Source of the DNA: Candidatus Dojkabacteria bacterium
GTDB lineage: Bacteria; Patescibacteriota; Dojkabacteria; J137
DNA length: 64,000 nucleotides
Direction of reading: 5' to 3'
Assembly (NCBI GenBank): GCA_040006935.1
Contig: JBDTVZ010000003.1
Span: forward strand, 1,102 to 65,101
In this document: piece by piece, positions 39,433-48,452 of the stretch
Numbering within the stretch: the first letter of the stretch is position 1
Layout of the letters: each line of letters opens with the position of its first letter
Notes under the pieces: generated by a model
Told to the model about the DNA's origin: nothing
Seen by the model: the letters and a program-made list of their open reading frames with translations, nothing else
Databases searched by the model: none
Position numbers and translations under genes: made by a program

Positions 39433-39997
39433 TACCCGGTGTCCATGTAAACTTCAAATAACACAGCTTTACATACTTAGTACATTTGGATACATAAGCT
39501 CATAAAAATATACAAAAACAAGCTTAAGAATCTCCCCTATCTTAATTTCAAAACTAAAAGATTAAAGGGTTTTGAAAAGCATTCTAACTTTGGGACGCTT
39601 ACAGTTCTCATTAGAAGGAAGAAATTGTAAACGGCAGTCCTACTTGTTGTTTCGGTCTGCTCTTATATTTTAGGCAAATGCATAATTCACATTTCCCAAA
39701 GGAGCAGTGAGTAAATTCTTTACAAAAGATACAAGATTTGAAATTGGTTTGACGTTTAGGTCAAGTTTGCCCGAAGGCAAGTTAAATTTTTTTTAACGAA
39801 GATTCTTAACTAAACTTCGGTATGCTATGAAATTTTTAATCTACTGTCGAGAAAACATCCCCCTTAAAAAGTCTTCCGTTCTGAGTTTCCAGTCTTGAGA
39901 AACTACTTAAGGTGAACGATTTCAGACATGTTAATTATACCATAGAATAACAATTTTGACGACACTACTCTCCGGCTCTTATTTCGACCAGGCCGCG

Positions 39998-40178
39998 TTA
40001 CCTGCCTGCGTGCGCAGTCAGGCACGGCAGCCTAATCAGAATGCTCCCTCTCCTTTTAAGGAGAGGGTTGGGGTGAGGTCATACCGCACGGAAATCACAA
40101 GACCGCTTGTGTGCGGTCCCTATAGATTTGCTAATTAATGAGATTGCTTCGAAAACTTCGTCTCCTCGCAATGACACC
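39998..40178 (+). repeat. composite repeat, copy B: diverged 34-nt-hairpin homolog + H1 + covarying core + tail
   Basis: TTA-CCTGCCTGCGTGCGCAGTCAGGCACGGCAGC (diverged form of the 6980-7013 hairpin). H1 CCCTCTCC-TTTTAA-GGAGAGGG. Core GGGGTGAGGTCAT-ACCGCAC-GGAAAT-CACAAG-ACCG-CTTGTG-T-GTGCGGT-CCCTAT. Tail TAATTAATGAGATTGCTTCGAAAACTTCGTCTCCTCGCAATGACACC. Confidence 0.65.
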
Positions 40179-40197
40179 AAGAACATTGAGACTTCTT

Positions 40198-40896
40198 TTA
40201 ATTATTTATTCCTCCCGACTTCGCAAAGGTATACCCATAGACTCTTTGGACTCCATTCTCCTTAAGAACTTTTGCACACTCATTTAAAGTACTTCCCGTA
40301 GTATAAACATCGTCAACTAGAATTACTGAACTTGTGGAATACACATGCTGAAGATCTTGATCAATTGCGAAGATTCCTTTTAGGTTAGAACGTCGTTTTT
40401 CACCACTCAGATCTGCTTGCGCAGAAACATCTTTAGTCCTTTTTAATAAGTTGATTGTCTTAAAATCAATATATTTTGAGATCTCGTTACAAATTACCTC
40501 TGACTGATTAAATCCTCTTTTATTCTTTTTCTTTCTAGTTAAAGGTATTGGAACAAGAATTGAATGCTCATCAAGGCTAAAGAGCCTAATGAACTTGGAC
40601 ATTTTCTGTCCGATAAATTTGAAATTATTATAGTAAAAAGAGTATTTACCCTGCATAATGAGCTCTTTGACTCCTTCGTTATAGCTCACCATGAATATAT
40701 GACCATCTAAAAATGTTTGATCCTTACATTCATCATGGATAAAACCTCTTTTTACCTTGGAATTACAAACACAGCAATATGTATTCCAATTTACAAATAT
40801 TTTATCTCTAATGCAGCGGGTGCATAAGGACACTCCTACTCTATTACACATTAGGCAATAACTTGGTATCAAAGTATTTATAATTGGATTAAACAT
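40198..40896 (-). CDS. comF: ComF family protein (phosphoribosyltransferase domain)
   Basis: N-terminal Cys4 zinc ribbon (CLMCNRV...CTRC). C-terminal PRTase motif ILVDDVYTTGSTLNE. Confidence 0.75.
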   Translation of the reverse strand: MFNPIINTLIPSYCLMCNRVGVSLCTRCIRDKIFVNWNTYCCVCNSKVKRGFIHDECKDQTFLDGHIFMVSYNEGVKELIMQGKYSFYYNNFKFIGQKMSKFIRLFSLDEHSILVPIPLTRKKKNKRGFNQSEVICNEISKYIDFKTINLLKRTKDVSAQADLSGEKRRSNLKGIFAIDQDLQHVYSTSSVILVDDVYTTGSTLNECAKVLKENGVQRVYGYTFAKSGGINN

Positions 40897-40948
40897 AAAA
40901 TACTATATTGGTAAATAGTTATAAATATTAACATTTTGGGTTAAAATT

Positions 40949-41362
40949 ATGAATATGAAAATACTATCAATAGATTATGGAACTAAAAGAGTTGGTTTAG
41001 CTATCTCAGACGAGACACTAACTTTTGCACATAGATTGGATCCGATAAAAAATTATAAAGATGAAAAAACTTTAATAGGAGATTTAGCTAACTTATCTAT
41101 AAAATACGCGGTTAGCCTAATAGTTTTAGGGGTTCCCCTTGGTGTTGAAGAAAAGGATACAGAAATGTCAAAAAAGATAAATTTGTTTGCACAAAAGCTG
41201 GAAACCATTAATGGGATTAGCGTGAAAACTGTTAACGAAACTTATACAACCAGGCAGGCATATTCTAATTTAGGTAAAAATAAAGGTAAAAAATCTATTG
41301 ATAGCGAATCTGCTAGAATACTTCTACAAGAGTACTTGGATGATAAAAAATTAAGAAATTAA
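40949..41362 (+). CDS. ruvX: Holliday-junction-resolvase-like pre-16S rRNA nuclease YqgF/RuvX
   Basis: ILSIDYGTKRVGLAISD matches the YqgF N-terminal motif (GxDxGxKRIGxAxSD). 137 aa. Confidence 0.8.
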   Translation: MNMKILSIDYGTKRVGLAISDETLTFAHRLDPIKNYKDEKTLIGDLANLSIKYAVSLIVLGVPLGVEEKDTEMSKKINLFAQKLETINGISVKTVNETYTTRQAYSNLGKNKGKKSIDSESARILLQEYLDDKKLRN

Positions 41363-41390
41363 ATAATTTTAACTAACTTATCTATAAACT

Positions 41391-42479
41391 ATGGATTCAA
41401 AAATACAAAAAAAGAAAAGTCACTTTCAAACATGTTTTCTAGTCATAGTCTTATTAATAGTCTTAGTACTTTTAGCTGGATTCCTTGCAGTAAATTTCTA
41501 TAATAACGCAATATACTCCCCTGCTTCGGACTCCAGTGAGCTTGTTAGCCTAAAGGTTTCTGAAGGAGACACTTTAACTTCAATAGCAAAAACGCTGGAA
41601 GATAAAGGGTTAATAAAGAATTCGGAAATTTTGAAAATATATTTGAGATTAAATAGCACTTCCCCCAATATTAAAGCTGGGAATTACTCTATTCCTAAAA
41701 ATAAAACTGCCATTGAAATTATAGAGATACTTGAGGATGGCGTTCTAAAGCCTGGAGTAAGAGTAACAATAAAAGAAGGCTCTATGGATGTAGAAATAGG
41801 GCAGAAAATTACATCTTCCCTGGGAACTGATGCTTTATTTAATGTCGCTGAATTTAGAGATATAGTTGTAAACCCAGATAGTTATACATTTTCTGTTGAT
41901 GTACAAACATTCCTAAATACCTATAAACCAAGTGGAAAGCCATTGGAAGGATTCTTTTACCCGGATACTTACGAGTTTGCTGGAGACCAAACAACTCTAC
42001 AGATTGTAGATAGAATGGTGCAGAATTTTATTGTTAAAGTTAATGATAATATTAACTTAAATAATTTGAATTTAAATCAAAGCGAAGTCACTACTCTATA
42101 CGATGCTTTAAAACTCGCCTCTATAATTGAAAAAGAAGCTGGGAAAGATTCCGACAGAAAAGATATTTCGAGCGTTTTTCACAACCGAATACAAAACGAT
42201 ATCCCCCTAGAGTCTGATGTTACAGTCAATTACGTAACGGGCCAAAATAGCGATTATGTATCCATAAGCGACACCCATGTAGACTCACCATATAATACAT
42301 ATCAAAACCTAGGATTAACTCCTACACCTATCAATAACCCCCGAATTGAGTCTATTGTGGCGGCACTTTACCCAACACAAACTGACTACTTCTACTTTCT
42401 GTATTATGATGGAACAACATATTTCTCAAAAACTTTTGAGGAACATCAACAGAAAGCGTGTCAATATAGGGGTTGTTAG
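41391..42479 (+). CDS. mltG: endolytic murein transglycosylase MltG (YceG family)
   Basis: N-terminal TM. YceG-like core (NYSIPKNKTAIEIIEIL, ASIIEKEAG, YNTYQNLGLTPTPI). Confidence 0.8.
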   Translation: MDSKIQKKKSHFQTCFLVIVLLIVLVLLAGFLAVNFYNNAIYSPASDSSELVSLKVSEGDTLTSIAKTLEDKGLIKNSEILKIYLRLNSTSPNIKAGNYSIPKNKTAIEIIEILEDGVLKPGVRVTIKEGSMDVEIGQKITSSLGTDALFNVAEFRDIVVNPDSYTFSVDVQTFLNTYKPSGKPLEGFFYPDTYEFAGDQTTLQIVDRMVQNFIVKVNDNINLNNLNLNQSEVTTLYDALKLASIIEKEAGKDSDRKDISSVFHNRIQNDIPLESDVTVNYVTGQNSDYVSISDTHVDSPYNTYQNLGLTPTPINNPRIESIVAALYPTQTDYFYFLYYDGTTYFSKTFEEHQQKACQYRGC

Positions 42480-42511
42480 TGTAGAATATATCTGAATTTA
42501 ATCAGAATTTT

Positions 42512-42862
42512 ATGCATAAACTAAACCCACGGGATCTTCCAGAAATGAAGATTGTGGATATAACACTACCTAGAGCTATTGCGATTTTAGTAAGCGTTAC
42601 TCTATTCTTTGCATTGCCTGTAGTGGGAATAACTTATTACCAAGCTCATCCTGCGCCACAGGAGACTGAGACGGTTAGTACTTCTCAAAATATTGAACCT
42701 AAAGTGGCTGGAGCTAGTACAGAAGCAACAAATCCGGGTCTAATTTTCGGAATAGATATGAACTCAGAGCAAGGATTGTTACTTATGATAGGTGTAATAA
42801 TGATAGGAATTTCATTTATACTGGTAATATTCTTCTTACTTGAGAGTCAGAAGAAGGGTTAA
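42512..42862 (+). CDS. hypothetical membrane protein
   Basis: 116 aa with two hydrophobic helices. No family recognised. Confidence 0.35.
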   Translation: MHKLNPRDLPEMKIVDITLPRAIAILVSVTLFFALPVVGITYYQAHPAPQETETVSTSQNIEPKVAGASTEATNPGLIFGIDMNSEQGLLLMIGVIMIGISFILVIFFLLESQKKG

Positions 42863-42882
42863 CCCTCTGCTATAATTACTCC

Positions 42883-43311
42883 ATGCAAATCAAGTCCATT
42901 CATCCTGTTAAAAAATCTAAAGAGACTTTACTTCCTTTTTATCTTGAATCTATAAAAGCTGGATTTCCCTCTCCCGCGGATGATTTTATAGATAAGAAAC
43001 TAGATCTAAATGAATATTTAGTTAAACATCCTGTGGCAACATTTTTTGTGAGAGTTTCGGGAGATTCTATGATAAATGCTGGCATACATACAGGTGATAT
43101 TTTGGTTGTAGATAAAGCATTGGATGCAAAAGATAAGAATATTGTTGTTGCTGTGATAAATGGCGAACTGACTGTAAAAAGACTCCGTATGAAAGACGGG
43201 AAGGTAGCATTAATGCCCGAGAATTCAAACTATAAGCCGATTATTATAACTTCGGAAGATAACTTCTCTATTTGGGGAGTTGTAACAAATGTAATTCATA
43301 ATTTAATCTAA
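42883..43311 (+). CDS. UmuD-like S24 peptidase (LexA-family autopeptidase fold without HTH)
   Basis: VSGDSM (catalytic Ser) and ...VKRL (catalytic Lys). At 142 aa it is too short for a LexA HTH domain. Confidence 0.7.
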   Translation: MQIKSIHPVKKSKETLLPFYLESIKAGFPSPADDFIDKKLDLNEYLVKHPVATFFVRVSGDSMINAGIHTGDILVVDKALDAKDKNIVVAVINGELTVKRLRMKDGKVALMPENSNYKPIIITSEDNFSIWGVVTNVIHNLI

Positions 43312-43333
43312 ATCCCTACCTAAGAACTCCTAA

Positions 43334-43436
43334 CCCTCCCCTTAATTTAAGGGGAGGTGTCCGCCTTATGCGGACGGTGGGGTTAATACCGCACCAGAAT
43401 CACACGAATGTTTGTGCGGTCCTTATTTGAGTTCTT
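43334..43436 (+). repeat. structured intergenic repeat, copy C (H1 + extra hairpin + core; no tail)
   Basis: CCTCCCC-TTAATTTAA-GGGGAGG; extra hairpin GTCCGCCTTATGCGGAC; then GGTGGGGTTAAT-ACCGCAC-CAGAATCACACGAATGTTT-GTGCGGT-CCTTATT. Lies between convergent genes. Confidence 0.6.
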
Positions 43437-43668
43437 GTAATTTTTCCTGGATATATGGTTCTGACCAATACGATAGTGCAGTTTGAAGATCATCCTTAGC
43501 TTTTTCTTTATTACCACTCTCAAGTTCAGATATAGCTAGATTGTAATATGTTCTAGCTTGAGTTTTGGGAACTCCAACAGCGAAAAAATATGCAAAGAAT
43601 ATTCCAGCAGTTATTATAGAAGCGAATATAACGTAGAAAGTGTTTTTGAAAATACTCTTAAATTTCAT
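43423..43668 (-). CDS. hypothetical small membrane protein
   Basis: 81 aa. N-terminal TM, TPR-like C-terminal helix pair. Its 3' end overlaps repeat copy C. Confidence 0.3.
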   Translation of the reverse strand: MKFKSIFKNTFYVIFASIITAGIFFAYFFAVGVPKTQARTYYNLAISELESGNKEKAKDDLQTALSYWSEPYIQEKLQELK

Positions 43669-44869
43669 CCAGAGCTTCCTTATTCAAGTAGTTAGTTTTA
43701 TATATATCTAGCAAGGTGAATAATATAACGATTATTAGTGGTCCGTAGAATATTCCAAAGAATCCGAATATTCCTATTCCCCCGATTACACTGAGGATCG
43801 TTACTAATGGATGAAGGTTTACGTCTTCTTTAATTAGCCTTGGTCTTAATATAGAATCTACAACGTTAATCATTATTCCACTGTAAACGATTATAAATAT
43901 TCCAGCTATGACCCCTGCTGGTGATTGGTTTACAAAACCTTGGATAATCATTATTGCTCCAATTGGTGCCCAAACTAATCCCGATCCTATTGGAATTATT
44001 GAGAGGATAAGCATAATGATCCACAGTAATACTGGTGCCCCTACTCCAAGAAAAATCATCGGAATTATTACCACTGTGGCTTGTGCAATTGCGACTATAA
44101 AACTTCCATTAATTACACTTTTTAATGTATTTATAAACTTTCTATAAATAATTTCATCATATTTAGCATCTAACGGAGAGAATTTTGCCACAATCCTTGG
44201 TAATTTCTCATATGCTGGGAACATATAAACTAAACAAAGAATAAGAATAAATATACTAAAAAGTATCCCTCCTCCTATAGAAATTAAGTCTTTTAATATT
44301 GGAAGTAGTTGATTAGATAGAAAATCGGATTGACGAACTCCAGCAATAAGAGTTTGCAAGTCCAGCTTAGAAATATTATCTGAGAAATTATTTATATAGG
44401 TAACAGCTTGATCAATTGAATCCTTAAATCCTTTAAAACTATCCAGATTATCTAAGATTCCTGTAGATCGAATTACGTTTTGAACTTCGTTAATGCTAAA
44501 TACAACTATCAAAACGATTGGAACTATAAATAAGACTAGTACTAAAATAATAGATAATGTTGTAGATAGTCCATTACTCTTTGTCTTATCCTTTATGAAC
44601 GCGTATATGGGATGGAAAAGTTGAACAATAATCAAACTTAATATTAATACATTAAAGAAGGGAGAAAAAACGTTAAATGCTAAACTCGCAAACAATATTA
44701 GTGCAAATAGAAGCATTAAATCTTTAGCTTTCAAGGAACTAAGTTGCTTCATTTGGGAGTAAATAAGAAAAATACTAAATAAGCATAGCATTTTGATAAC
44801 TACTATGACAATAAATTTATCCAGCTCTAGCTTGAAATTTTGGAGTCTACTGGTATAATCAACGTGCAT
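43658..44869 (-). CDS. AI-2E family transporter (PerM-like permease)
   Basis: Polytopic membrane protein, 8 TM, with AI-2E-like layout. The true start is probably an internal Met, because the annotated start abuts tRNA-Asn. Confidence 0.7.
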   Translation of the reverse strand: MHVDYTSRLQNFKLELDKFIVIVVIKMLCLFSIFLIYSQMKQLSSLKAKDLMLLFALILFASLAFNVFSPFFNVLILSLIIVQLFHPIYAFIKDKTKSNGLSTTLSIILVLVLFIVPIVLIVVFSINEVQNVIRSTGILDNLDSFKGFKDSIDQAVTYINNFSDNISKLDLQTLIAGVRQSDFLSNQLLPILKDLISIGGGILFSIFILILCLVYMFPAYEKLPRIVAKFSPLDAKYDEIIYRKFINTLKSVINGSFIVAIAQATVVIIPMIFLGVGAPVLLWIIMLILSIIPIGSGLVWAPIGAIMIIQGFVNQSPAGVIAGIFIIVYSGIMINVVDSILRPRLIKEDVNLHPLVTILSVIGGIGIFGFFGIFYGPLIIVILFTLLDIYKTNYLNKEALDEI

Positions 44870-44941
44870 TCCTCCTTAGCTCAATGGTAGAGCAATCGAC
44901 TGTTAATCGGTGTGTTGAAGGTTCGAGTCCTTCAGGGGGAG
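44870..44941 (+). tRNA. tRNA-Asn (GTT)
   Basis: TCCTCCT-TA-GCTC-AATGGTA-GAGC-A-ATCGA-CTGTTAA-TCGGT-GTGT-TGAAGG-TTCGAGT-CCTTCA-GGGGGA-G cloverleaf with anticodon GTT. Confidence 0.8.
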
Positions 44942-45039
44942 TTCTTAACCTGAATTCTCAATTCTTTACCTTATACTTAATTCTAAGAATTTAGATTAAG
45001 AATTAGGTAGTACCACTCTCCTATAAATCTAACAAGTCT

Positions 45040-45105
45040 AATGGTGGATTCCGCCTAGGCGGATTAATCGGTGTGTTGTCCGTTTCCTCCAGGGGCGGAC
45101 TTCTA
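45040..45105 (+). repeat. degenerate duplicate of the tRNA-Asn 3' half, beginning in the anticodon loop
   Basis: GGCGGATTAATCGGTGTGTTGTCCGTTTCCTCCAGGGGCGGAC, compared with the genuine tRNA TGTTAATCGGTGTGTTGAAGGTTCGAGTCCTTCAGGGGGAG. The 15-nt block TTAATCGGTGTGTTG is identical. It lies about 100 nt downstream of the tRNA in the same orientation. Confidence 0.55.
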
Positions 45106-45285
45106 GCAGCACTTAAAGGGGAGTTTTTTATTTCTTCAATATTAGCGTAAAAGTTGTAGGAACCTCATAACCCAAAATACCCAACTCTCTTGATTGTTTC
45201 CCAATGTTCTCATTTAATTGAATAATCTTGAATCCAGCTTCCACCGAACTATTTATATATTCTTGAAAAGTAAATGTCGGATGCT

Positions 45286-45798
45286 TTACGGTAATACCAC
45301 TACCACCCCCGCTAAAGGGAATTCTACGATTTCTTTTACATCATATCTTTTTGATTTCTTTCTAAAGAATCCTACTAAAGGATGAGCATCTCTAAAACAA
45401 AAATATCCTCCTTTTCTTAGAGAGGCATGCACTCTCTTCATTAATAGTTCAAGGTTATTAGTATAATGGATAGAGCACATTCCAAATACAAGATCATATG
45501 AGGCTTTTTTTGACTGAAATTCATCAATATTAGCAAGCTCAATCTTTGTTCTGGAATCATTAACTATTTCTCTGAATTTATCAAGCATCTCTTCAGAATT
45601 ATCAATCCCCTTGTAATTTTTTATATTTGAATACTTATTTAAAAAGTATTTTGCATCTATACCACTACCATATTCCAGTACATCGATTTCCTTATCTTCT
45701 AAATTTAGGATTTTTATAAAGTCATCCTTAGCAGCTGCGGAGTTACCCAACATATGTTGATGATATCCTGAAATTATATCTGAGTATTGAGTCTTCAT
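45286..45798 (-). CDS. class I SAM-dependent methyltransferase
   Basis: Motif I VLEYGSGID. Post-I acidic residue. Motif II/III region DLVFGMCSIHY...LRKGGYFCF. Confidence 0.6.
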   Translation of the reverse strand: MKTQYSDIISGYHQHMLGNSAAAKDDFIKILNLEDKEIDVLEYGSGIDAKYFLNKYSNIKNYKGIDNSEEMLDKFREIVNDSRTKIELANIDEFQSKKASYDLVFGMCSIHYTNNLELLMKRVHASLRKGGYFCFRDAHPLVGFFRKKSKRYDVKEIVEFPLAGVVVVLP

Positions 45799-45931
45799 AT
45801 TTGAATATTACCACAACCACTCTCCTATATTATTTTTTTTTGACATAGATTTTTAACTTTTGTATCCTCAAGAGGATTTAAAAATTTTTATGGAAAATAA
45901 ATTAATCTCAAATAACAAACTATAACTACTC

Positions 45932-45957
45932 TAAGAGCCGAAAGGCTCTTTTTTTTA
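45932..45957 (+). terminator. intrinsic terminator-like hairpin with T8 tail
   Basis: AAGAGCC-GAAA-GGCTCTTTTTTTT. It is oriented for a plus-strand transcript, yet it lies upstream of the next plus-strand CDS. Confidence 0.45.
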
Positions 45958-45999
45958 TTATGAAATAACAAGATTTATCTTATTTTTTAATTAAAAGAT

Positions 46000-47103
46000 A
46001 TGGCTCTAGATATACAAAAAAAATTCGGAGATCAAATAAATGAATTTATCGAGCAAGGTGTTGCAGTGGCTGTTCCCACATTAGCTGAAATTGACCCTAA
46101 GGGACATATAAGTGAAGAAGTTTTAAGTCGACTCGTGATAGCCATAGAAGTAGGAAACCCCAAGGAATGGATGTCAGAATATTTGGATAATGAAATTGAA
46201 TTCCCTATTGATACTTTTCCCCCTGAATTCCAGGAGTTTTACAGAGGATTTTCTGAAAGAGAACTTGCGGAAATTAAAGCATGTACTTCCTTAATGACCC
46301 AAATAGCAAATGTGAGCAGATTATCAAACGAAGACTTTCAGAGGGCAAATCCAGAAATTATTGCTAAATTTAAAACTCTGTATAAATTGGCAGAAATGAG
46401 AATTATGTACTTTATCAAAAATAAGATAAAAGATTTAATTAATGAGGGACTGCCAGAGGGTGAAAGTAAAGATCCTAAAAAGGTTTTAAATCTATTTGCT
46501 CTACGAGGGGCGAAGGTATTCGAAAATCAATATAACTTTGGAGTTTCGAAAGAAGTTGAAATGAAGAGAATCCCTCTACTAGATGGGAGTTACGTAGTGG
46601 GGGTTGGTCCAGAATTTCAGCAATTGCTAGATATGCCTTTAGAGGAAAAAGCCATGGTCGAAGATGTTATATTACCAGACGATTGTATTTCTACAGGTAT
46701 GAGTGAAGGAGCACTTGTAAAATTATTAAAAATGGCAGGATTTAATCCTAAAAGAATTATTATTCCTGCAACTGTTGCAGTTAGAGGTGGATTGGCGTAT
46801 ATAGCAAAAATTGTTAAAGAAACATTTCCTGACTGTACACTTTCACTTCCAGCGGGGGAACCCTGCTCTTCTGTAAATGATTTAATGTACTTAATGGTAA
46901 AGAAGTTATTTAAAGTAGGAGATATGGGATTTTTTAATTACGTAGCCTCTAATGAGGATTTAGCAAATGTTCCTACTGGTGAAACCCCAATGAATACGAA
47001 TATGGATCTTGTGAAGCTAGCATTTTATGTTACGGATCCAGAGGGGCTATTACGTTATCTTGAACACGTAACTAATCAGCTATTCTCCACAACTGAAGCT
47101 TAA
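46000..47103 (+). CDS. phosphoribosyltransferase-domain protein with N-terminal extension
   Basis: C-terminal half has a type I PRTase PRPP-binding motif (VEDVILPDDCISTGMS), preceded by VVGVGPEF. The N-terminal region of about 180 aa is unassigned. Confidence 0.5.
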   Translation: MALDIQKKFGDQINEFIEQGVAVAVPTLAEIDPKGHISEEVLSRLVIAIEVGNPKEWMSEYLDNEIEFPIDTFPPEFQEFYRGFSERELAEIKACTSLMTQIANVSRLSNEDFQRANPEIIAKFKTLYKLAEMRIMYFIKNKIKDLINEGLPEGESKDPKKVLNLFALRGAKVFENQYNFGVSKEVEMKRIPLLDGSYVVGVGPEFQQLLDMPLEEKAMVEDVILPDDCISTGMSEGALVKLLKMAGFNPKRIIIPATVAVRGGLAYIAKIVKETFPDCTLSLPAGEPCSSVNDLMYLMVKKLFKVGDMGFFNYVASNEDLANVPTGETPMNTNMDLVKLAFYVTDPEGLLRYLEHVTNQLFSTTEA

Positions 47104-47112
47104 ATAAAATAC

Positions 47113-47140
47113 GGCGAGTTTATCTCGAGATAAACTCGCC
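47113..47140. terminator. bidirectional terminator between convergent genes (perfect 14-bp palindrome)
   Basis: GGCGAGTTTATCTC|GAGATAAACTCGCC. Overlaps the stop codon of the minus-strand methyltransferase. Confidence 0.55.
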
Positions 47141-48016
47141 TAGAATATGAACTCCTTGTTTTAATCTCCCATTAATACGTAAACCTAAATTTAATTCTTT
47201 GTTTAATTCAAGACTATATTGAGATAAAAGCTCCTTCCATTCCGACCATTTATAATATTGACCCGTCCAAGGCATATGTGGATTTTTTACATTAATTATC
47301 CAGTCATTTGCAATAATAAATTCCCACCTCTGCTCTGTTGTTAAATCGTAAAACCTTTTTGTAAATTCTTTATCTGTTTGGATATTAATTTTCTGATTTC
47401 CCGAGCACAGAGAATCAATATCAACTTGATCCACAAAGGTTTCTTCCCACAAAATTAACCTTCCGCCTTTGTTTAGAGCCTGCTTACAGTTTTGAAGCAT
47501 TCTTTTAATAGCATCTAAGTTTTCAAAGTGATGAAACACAAATTGAATGTTTATTAAATCTACAGAATTACTTTCTATTGGAAATTCTGATGCATCTGGA
47601 TCTGTTTGATAGTAAACACATTTATCAGGCTTTAAGAACACACCTTTTTGAGGAATAATATCTATTCCAATGAACTTTTCGATATTACTGTATTTAGTTG
47701 ATAGGTAATTGATTGTATCTAATTTGTTCGCACCTACATCAAGGTAAGTCTTTACGTTTGAATAATCAAATAAGTCTATAGAATTTGCTTCTGTGATTTT
47801 ATTTGTAACAAGCTGTTTTGCATTTTGGAACTTTTGATCTATTACTTGCCTCTTTTCATCCAAACTCCCTTTCCTATCTCTCGCCTCCCAGGACATATCA
47901 ACAATTCCCTGACCAATAGATTCGTCTATACCGGACTGAGCAAAGTTAGCTTTAAAAAAATCCGTTAGTAGATTTTTAACTTGTTGTGTATGCCAAATTT
48001 TTAGTGGATCGATCAT
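47120..48016 (-). CDS. class I SAM-dependent methyltransferase
   Basis: Motif I LDVGANKLD, FIGIDI, and LNKGGRLILWEE. Confidence 0.55.
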   Translation of the reverse strand: MIDPLKIWHTQQVKNLLTDFFKANFAQSGIDESIGQGIVDMSWEARDRKGSLDEKRQVIDQKFQNAKQLVTNKITEANSIDLFDYSNVKTYLDVGANKLDTINYLSTKYSNIEKFIGIDIIPQKGVFLKPDKCVYYQTDPDASEFPIESNSVDLINIQFVFHHFENLDAIKRMLQNCKQALNKGGRLILWEETFVDQVDIDSLCSGNQKINIQTDKEFTKRFYDLTTEQRWEFIIANDWIINVKNPHMPWTGQYYKWSEWKELLSQYSLELNKELNLGLRINGRLKQGVHILGEFISR

Positions 48017-48029
48017 TTGTAAATATAAT

Positions 48030-48410
48030 TTATAATTTACTAAACATCTGGATTATGTTTCCATCAAGGTCTTTTGCGGTAAGAACTCTGAGATCACCTG
48101 TTGGAGAATCATGAGGTTCTGCGATAAATTCTACCCCTCTCTCTTTCAACGTCTCATAAATTTTATCGACATCGTCGACAAAATAAGAAATCATTAATCT
48201 GTAGGGTTCCTTAGTTTTACCTTTAACTTCGGAATGATAGCCTATCCATAAATACATATCGTTTGATGGATCAATTTCAAAAGCGATTGCTTTATCTTCA
48301 GGAATATCGACTTCTAGAACTTGTTTTAAATTAAATTTCTCCTTGTACCAATTTGCAAGGGACTTATAATCCTCACTCCAAATTGTAAAACCTTCGAACT
48401 TTTTTAACAT
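48030..48410 (-). CDS. VOC-family (glyoxalase/bleomycin-resistance fold) protein
   Basis: 126 aa with the beta-alpha-beta-beta-beta duplicated module typical of VOC proteins (IAFEIDPSND...HSEVKG ... GNIIQMFS). Confidence 0.55.
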   Translation of the reverse strand: MLKKFEGFTIWSEDYKSLANWYKEKFNLKQVLEVDIPEDKAIAFEIDPSNDMYLWIGYHSEVKGKTKEPYRLMISYFVDDVDKIYETLKERGVEFIAEPHDSPTGDLRVLTAKDLDGNIIQMFSKL

Positions 48411-48452
48411 AAGGATGATGTAAAAAATAAATACTGTGATTTTAAATTTATA

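Noticed and set aside
39405-39450. tmRNA / tRNA-like 3' end (minus strand reads ...CATCTCCACCA followed by a hairpin + T-run terminator)
   Set aside because: The upstream hairpin is ACCGG-GTAA-CCGGT, a 4-nt loop, and not a 7-nt T-loop. No acceptor-stem partner, tag-peptide reading frame or pseudoknot series is evident. Probably coincidental.
39191-39997. RNase P RNA upstream of yidC
   Set aside because: The universally conserved P4 sequences (GGAAAGTCCGG on the 5' side, ACAGAACCCGGCTTA on the 3' side) are absent on both strands.
39956-40138. Plus-strand 60-aa ORF
   Set aside because: It is coextensive with composite repeat copy B. The reading frame is an artefact of the GC-rich hairpins.
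45012-45837. 14-nt direct repeat ACCACTCTCCTATA (45012-45025 and 45824-45837) flanking the 170-aa methyltransferase gene as a possible insertion signature
   Set aside because: In a 64-kb AT-rich window several exact 14-mer coincidences are expected by chance. No further TIR/TSD structure or mobility gene supports it.
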